Assembly (NCBI GenBank): GCA_018333865.1
Contig: JAGXSE010000009.1
Location: forward strand, 75,460 to 139,459
Source of the DNA: Syntrophomonadaceae bacterium
GTDB lineage: Bacteria; Bacillota; PH28-bin88
Length of the DNA stretch: 64,000 nt
Reading direction: 5' to 3'
Shown here: in pieces, positions 59,844 to 64,000 of the stretch
How positions within the stretch are numbered: position 1 is the stretch's first letter
How the letters are laid out: the number at the start of each line of letters is the position of its first letter
The notes under the pieces: generated by a model
Seen by the model: the letters and a program-made list of their open reading frames with translations, nothing else
What the model was told of the DNA's origin: nothing
The model's database searches: none
Translations under genes and position numbers: made by a program

Positions 59844-61091
59844 ATGAGAAGGTTAAGGAAACAGACCGGGCTGGTAGTTTTGTTGTTAATTATGTTTACC
59901 TTTAGTCTTTCACTGATTGGCTGTGCCCCCAAGCAGGCAGCGCAGCCGCCGGCTCCGGCACCTGCTCCGGCTCCGGCACCGGCACCAGCACCGGCACCGG
60001 CACCAGCACCGGCTCCGGCTCCGGCACCTGCTCCGGCTCCGGCACCTGCTCCAACGCCGGCACCTGCTCCAGCACCAACCCCGGCACCTGCCCCGGCACC
60101 TGCTCCAGCGCCGGTGCCAGCACCAGCCCCAACACCTCGACCTGGCGCTGTTACTCCTGCCCCAGCACCAGCACCAGCTCCTGCTCCTGCTCCTACGCCC
60201 CCGCCGCGTAGAGATGCTATTGTTAGTATAGGTGTCGGGGCTTTAGGCGGCCTTTTCCACCCTGTTGGGAGCGCTATAGCTGAAATAATTAACAAACATG
60301 TGCCCGGCGCCAGGGCAACTGTGGAGATTACCGGCGGAGCTATAGAAACCCAGCGGATGGTAAGCGCTGGAGAAATTCCAGTGGCATTTACCAATGCCAA
60401 TTTACTATTTGATGGTTTTCATGGGAGAGGAATTTTCAGTGACAAGTCTCAACCCAACTTAAGGGCTCTATTAAACATTATGCCAAGTATAGTCCATATT
60501 GTTGTCATGGAAGCTAGCGGAATAAGGTCGATTGCGGACCTCACAGGGAGAAGGGTAGCACTTGGGCCTGCCGGTGGTGCACCAGCTGTACTGTTTGCTG
60601 AGTATGCCAGGGTTTATGGGCTTACTATGAAGGACATCACTCCCAGCTTTGTTTCCTTTGCCGACGGGACGGCGGCGGTGCGGGACGGACATGTCCATGC
60701 GTCAGTAATACATGGATCGCCTCCTCATTCGATAGTAATGGAACTAGGCGCCAGAGGCGTCCCCTTTAGGATTTTAAGCTTTGAGCGAGAGTGGGATAAG
60801 ATCCGTACTGAACTTCCATATCTGCAGCGATTTGTCATCCCGAAAGGCACTTATAGAGGTATTAATGAAGATGTAGTGACCATCGCTGTTCCGAACATTA
60901 TGTTTGCCACTACTAATATGCCGGACGAGTTAGCTTACCAAATTGTTAAAAATGTCTACCAGCACATTAGTATCCTTGTAGGTGCGGTAAGAGCCGCTGA
61001 GTTAATGAGACCAGAAACCGGTTGGCAGACTGCAATTCCGCTTCATCCCGGTGCTGAGAGATTCTTTAGAGAAAAAGGTGTAATTAAATAA
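59844..61091 (+). CDS. TAXI-family TRAP transporter solute-binding lipoprotein with a long (Pro-Ala)n linker
   Basis: Lipobox LSLIGC, then ~80 residues of PAPA/PTPA repeats, then a TAXI domain (…GGAIETQRMVSAGEIPVAFTNANL…). The start was chosen by RBS GGGAGG spacing. Confidence 0.7.
   Translation: MRRLRKQTGLVVLLLIMFTFSLSLIGCAPKQAAQPPAPAPAPAPAPAPAPAPAPAPAPAPAPAPAPAPAPTPAPAPAPTPAPAPAPAPAPVPAPAPTPRPGAVTPAPAPAPAPAPAPTPPPRRDAIVSIGVGALGGLFHPVGSAIAEIINKHVPGARATVEITGGAIETQRMVSAGEIPVAFTNANLLFDGFHGRGIFSDKSQPNLRALLNIMPSIVHIVVMEASGIRSIADLTGRRVALGPAGGAPAVLFAEYARVYGLTMKDITPSFVSFADGTAAVRDGHVHASVIHGSPPHSIVMELGARGVPFRILSFEREWDKIRTELPYLQRFVIPKGTYRGINEDVVTIAVPNIMFATTNMPDELAYQIVKNVYQHISILVGAVRAAELMRPETGWQTAIPLHPGAERFFREKGVIK
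59944..60200 (+). repeat. Tandem hexanucleotide (GCNCCG) coding repeat giving the (PA)n linker
   Basis: gcaccggcaccagcaccggctccggct… over ~250 bp. It produces spurious ORFs in other frames and on the opposite strand. Confidence 0.85.
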
Positions 61092-61378
61092 TAATTTTGC
61101 TTTGCGCTTACTAACATTGGTGAAGGCTGTAGCCCTTAAAATCATCACCAAGGCATATTTGGGAAGAACGGATTGGCAGTTGGTGGACACCCAACACCCT
61201 CTCTTCCTAAACTAGTTGTTTAACCGGGTCTTGGCTTCAGCGGGGGATTGCTATCCCCGCTGAAGCTTAGAGCCAGATAGTTGGAAAAGCCCCTACTAAA
61301 ACAATTTAGCCTCATATCGCTGTAGATAATCCATGACAGCATTTTTGTCCGGAAAAATAATAAAGTGAGGTGCCGCAA

Positions 61379-62410
61379 ATGGAGAAAAAATACGGAATTG
61401 GATGGATTTGGGGAAGGGACTATCTGTACGTTGCTACAGTTGTTCCTTACAAAGAGGATTCTTTTGAAGTGGATTATGATGCCTTCTGTAAGCAGATACG
61501 GTATTTTTTACAGCCTAAATTCGTTGATGCAGGTGGAGCAATAATTGTAAACCCTGAAGCCGGGGAAGTTTTCTATCTGGAAGCAGAAGAAAAGAAAAAG
61601 ATTATCGAAATAGCTTTAAATGAGGTTGGCGGTAAGTTCCCCGTTTTTACCGGAGTAAGCCATGTTACAACTGAGGGTACAGTTAAAGAAGCGGTTACCG
61701 CCAAGGACTTGGGTGTAGACGGAATATTCTTTGTTCCTCCTATGGGTTCAGGTGATGTGACATATGCATGGAACTCCGAGCTTTATCCTGAAGTTTGGAT
61801 TGATATGATGAAAGCCATCGCAGATACTACTGACTTACCAATGATGGTTCACCCAACTTCAGGATTCCATCCAAGATATGGTGTTGGTCTACCTGTGGGC
61901 CCAACACTGAAAATATGTCAGGAGGTTCGCCATATTATCGGTTGGAAGATGACATACAATTATACCGGATGGAAGACAGTAACTGAAGCTCTCAGGACTT
62001 TAAAGCATCACGTAGGTGTCCTGGGTGCCCCCGGGGACCTTTACCACTGGGCATTATTAAACAAATATTTTGACGGCACTGTAAACGGTGCTTATGTTTA
62101 TGCAATGGAGCCCATGATTGACCACATTGAAGCATGGCGCAATAATGACCTTATTGAGGCCCGCAGAATCTGGGAAAACGGCTTGGGAAAGCTACAGGAC
62201 TTTGTTTATGGTGACTATGCCCGTCTGCATATCCGGTATAAAATTGGAGCTTGGCTGCGTGGCTTAGTACCACATCCTTTTATGCGTCCTCCTCAGCCCA
62301 AACCGATGATTGCCGAATGCAAGGAAATGGCTAAATTGTTAAAAGATTGTGCAGTTGAAGTAATATTAGATAATCAAATAGAGAAAGTAACGGCTAAGCT
62401 ACCCCGTTAA
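61379..62410 (+). CDS. Dihydrodipicolinate synthase/N-acetylneuraminate lyase-family (class I aldolase) protein
   Basis: 344 aa, …PVFTGVSHVTTEGTVKEA…. RBS GTGAGGTG sits 6 nt upstream of the ATG. The family assignment is tentative. Confidence 0.5.
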   Translation: MEKKYGIGWIWGRDYLYVATVVPYKEDSFEVDYDAFCKQIRYFLQPKFVDAGGAIIVNPEAGEVFYLEAEEKKKIIEIALNEVGGKFPVFTGVSHVTTEGTVKEAVTAKDLGVDGIFFVPPMGSGDVTYAWNSELYPEVWIDMMKAIADTTDLPMMVHPTSGFHPRYGVGLPVGPTLKICQEVRHIIGWKMTYNYTGWKTVTEALRTLKHHVGVLGAPGDLYHWALLNKYFDGTVNGAYVYAMEPMIDHIEAWRNNDLIEARRIWENGLGKLQDFVYGDYARLHIRYKIGAWLRGLVPHPFMRPPQPKPMIAECKEMAKLLKDCAVEVILDNQIEKVTAKLPR

Positions 62411-62523
62411 GTAAAACTTGGATACAGATGACAGTAGGTGATATATTCAAAATATATTCATATTGCTCAAGATATCGTTAGCTATCTACCTGTTTTAATC
62501 CTTTTATTTTAGGAGGAGAGATT

Positions 62524-63282
62524 GTGAGACTAATTGATTTAAGTGTCTATCTTGAAGAAAATCCGTTTGCGGAACCGTTCCCTATGAGTATTACGCCGCA
62601 CAAGCATGAGGAATCTGCCCTTACGATGGCCAGTAGGCTCGGCATAGAACCAAGCGCGTTCAACGACAGCATGGCGCTGACGCATGAGGATTTCAGCGGG
62701 CAGTTCCATTGCGGCACCCATGTAGATGCCCCGTTCCACTTCGGTCCTATCGTAGAGGGAAAGCCCGCCAAGGGAATTGATGAGGTTCCCCTGGAATGGT
62801 TCTACAATGACGGCGTCAGACTGGATATGCGTCACATCCCGCATAACGGCTTGATTATGGCTGATGATATTAAGGAAGCGCTTGCAAAAATTAACTACAC
62901 ACTGAAGCCCATGGACATCGTTCTAATCTGGACGGATTTTGACAAGCTGATTTATCAGCCGGAGTATCTGAAAAAGCAGCCTGGCATGAGCCGTGAAGCG
63001 ACCGAATACATCCTTGACCAGGGTGTTAAGGTTATCGGAATCGATGCCTATGGCTTTGACCGTTCCTTCGGCTATCAGGCAGAGGCCTATAAGAGGGGCG
63101 AAGTTAAAGAGCTATTCCCCGGCCATATGGTTGGCAGAGAACGTGAATATGTCCACATGGAAAAGCTCGGTCAGCTGGATCAGCTGCCAACCGCTACCGG
63201 CTTCAAGGTTATCTGCTTCCCTACCAAGGGAAGGCATTGCACAGCTGGCATGACCCGCGTTGTTGCTGTATACGAAGACTGA
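62524..63282 (+). CDS. Cyclase-family protein (kynurenine formamidase-like), GTG start
   Basis: HCGTHVDAPFHF matches the HxGTHxDxPxH motif. Confidence 0.75.
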   Translation: MRLIDLSVYLEENPFAEPFPMSITPHKHEESALTMASRLGIEPSAFNDSMALTHEDFSGQFHCGTHVDAPFHFGPIVEGKPAKGIDEVPLEWFYNDGVRLDMRHIPHNGLIMADDIKEALAKINYTLKPMDIVLIWTDFDKLIYQPEYLKKQPGMSREATEYILDQGVKVIGIDAYGFDRSFGYQAEAYKRGEVKELFPGHMVGREREYVHMEKLGQLDQLPTATGFKVICFPTKGRHCTAGMTRVVAVYED

Positions 63283-63407
63283 TTCAGCCCCTTTTGTTGT
63301 TAAAGTAGCATGCTTTGTAAAAGTGCAAACAGAGCAACTGCCGGCGAAACCAGAAAGCTCAGGGGACTCACTCTTAAAAAGTAGTCAATGCTACAGGAGG
63401 TAATGTT

Positions 63408-64000
63408 ATGGAAAAGGGTTCTCAACCTATCTACAAAATGAAGGTAGAAGGAATAGATATTATGGTGCTAACCCGCGATGGCAAGCAAATAGCGGTAGAC
63501 ATTTACCGTCCTGACGCACCGGGTAAATTTCCTGCTTTGTTTTCTTTTGCCCTGCACAATAAGTTTTTGCAGGGGCAGGAAGTATATGAGGCGTGCAACA
63601 ACCAACCGGCCTGGTCGCCCCTGTGGACCGGTCCCGCGGAATGTGGAGACAGCAAATATTTTGCATCCAGAGGTTATGTGCATGTAATTGGGAATCAAAG
63701 GGGTTACGGTAATTCCAGTTCCGGCAACCCCTTTGCGGAGGGCCGTACAGACGCTTATGACGTTATTGAATGGATTGCGCAACAACCCTGGTGTGACGGG
63801 AATATCGGTATGGTGGGTATTTCGGGGTTTGGTTTCAACCAGATCATAGCTGCTTTGACAGAGCCCCCGCATCTTAAGGCTATTTTCCCCTTTGATCCCC
63901 GAGGTCTTTCTTTCCGTGACTTTTACCCTGGGGGTGTGCTGCATTCCTTTTGGTTCCATCTTATGAAATATAGTTGTGAGCACCCCGTGGAATTTCAATT
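63408..64000 (+). CDS. CocE/NonD-family (S15 X-Pro dipeptidyl-peptidase-like) hydrolase, N-terminal part; continues past the window end
   Basis: RBS AGGAGG lies 7 nt before the ATG. The frame is open to the window end. …GYVHVIGNQRGYGNSSG… is typical of alpha/beta hydrolases of this family. Confidence 0.55.
   Translation, partial: MEKGSQPIYKMKVEGIDIMVLTRDGKQIAVDIYRPDAPGKFPALFSFALHNKFLQGQEVYEACNNQPAWSPLWTGPAECGDSKYFASRGYVHVIGNQRGYGNSSSGNPFAEGRTDAYDVIEWIAQQPWCDGNIGMVGISGFGFNQIIAALTEPPHLKAIFPFDPRGLSFRDFYPGGVLHSFWFHLMKYSCEHPVEFQ

Noticed and set aside
59944-60200. Possible CRISPR array
   Set aside because: The repeats are 6 nt, contiguous and coding. There are no spacers or cas genes.
59819-60400. 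ORFs 59819..60400(-), 59902..60135(-) and 59917..60231(+), rich in GAGAGA/PEPE/HRHQ
   Set aside because: They are frame and strand artefacts of the hexanucleotide (PA)n repeat inside the TAXI gene.
63460-63998. Minus-strand ORFs 63460..63666 and 63468..63998
   Set aside because: The plus-strand frame has an AGGAGG RBS and S15/CocE-NonD hydrolase motifs, so the minus ORFs are likely spurious.

Overview
This 64-kb window is from a Firmicutes (Clostridia-type) chromosome, and its minus strand carries the conserved housekeeping run ctsR–mcsA–mcsB–clpC–radA … ispD–ispF–gltX … cysE–cysS–mrnC–rlmB–yacP–sigH, ending in a tRNA-Tyr/fMet/Thr cluster (about 16.1–16.5 kb). Several things are wedged into that backbone. 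Folate (folPBKE), PABA (pabAB, pabC-like) and biotin (bioDABF) genes sit between gltX and cysE. An ECF sigma/anti-sigma pair sits between gltX and ispF. A GGDEF-EAL signalling protein with a polytopic membrane partner occupies the position where disA is expected. Three type II toxin–antitoxin pairs are present (Phd/RelE, VapBC and a HicAB-like pair), plus an MNT/HEPN pair. Left of the tRNA cluster (1–16.1 kb) is an accessory region that is mostly AT-rich and looks mosaic. It contains a tRNA-Thr-adjacent radical-SAM RiPP gene cluster with a Cys-periodic precursor peptide, which is the best candidate here for an undescribed system. It also holds a frameshifted primase-like/helicase-C/PLD gene, a Schlafen/AlbA-type ATPase, a complete IS4-family element beside an IS1634-like fragment, and a GC-rich module (MNT, HEPN, an unknown 344-aa protein, a HEPN-like protein) flanked by a ~70-bp direct repeat. 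A 49-nt direct repeat of the tRNA-Thr 3' half delimits a small islet with the HicAB-like pair and a Fic protein. bioA is split by a frameshift in a C5 homopolymer. No CRISPR array or rRNA gene was seen.
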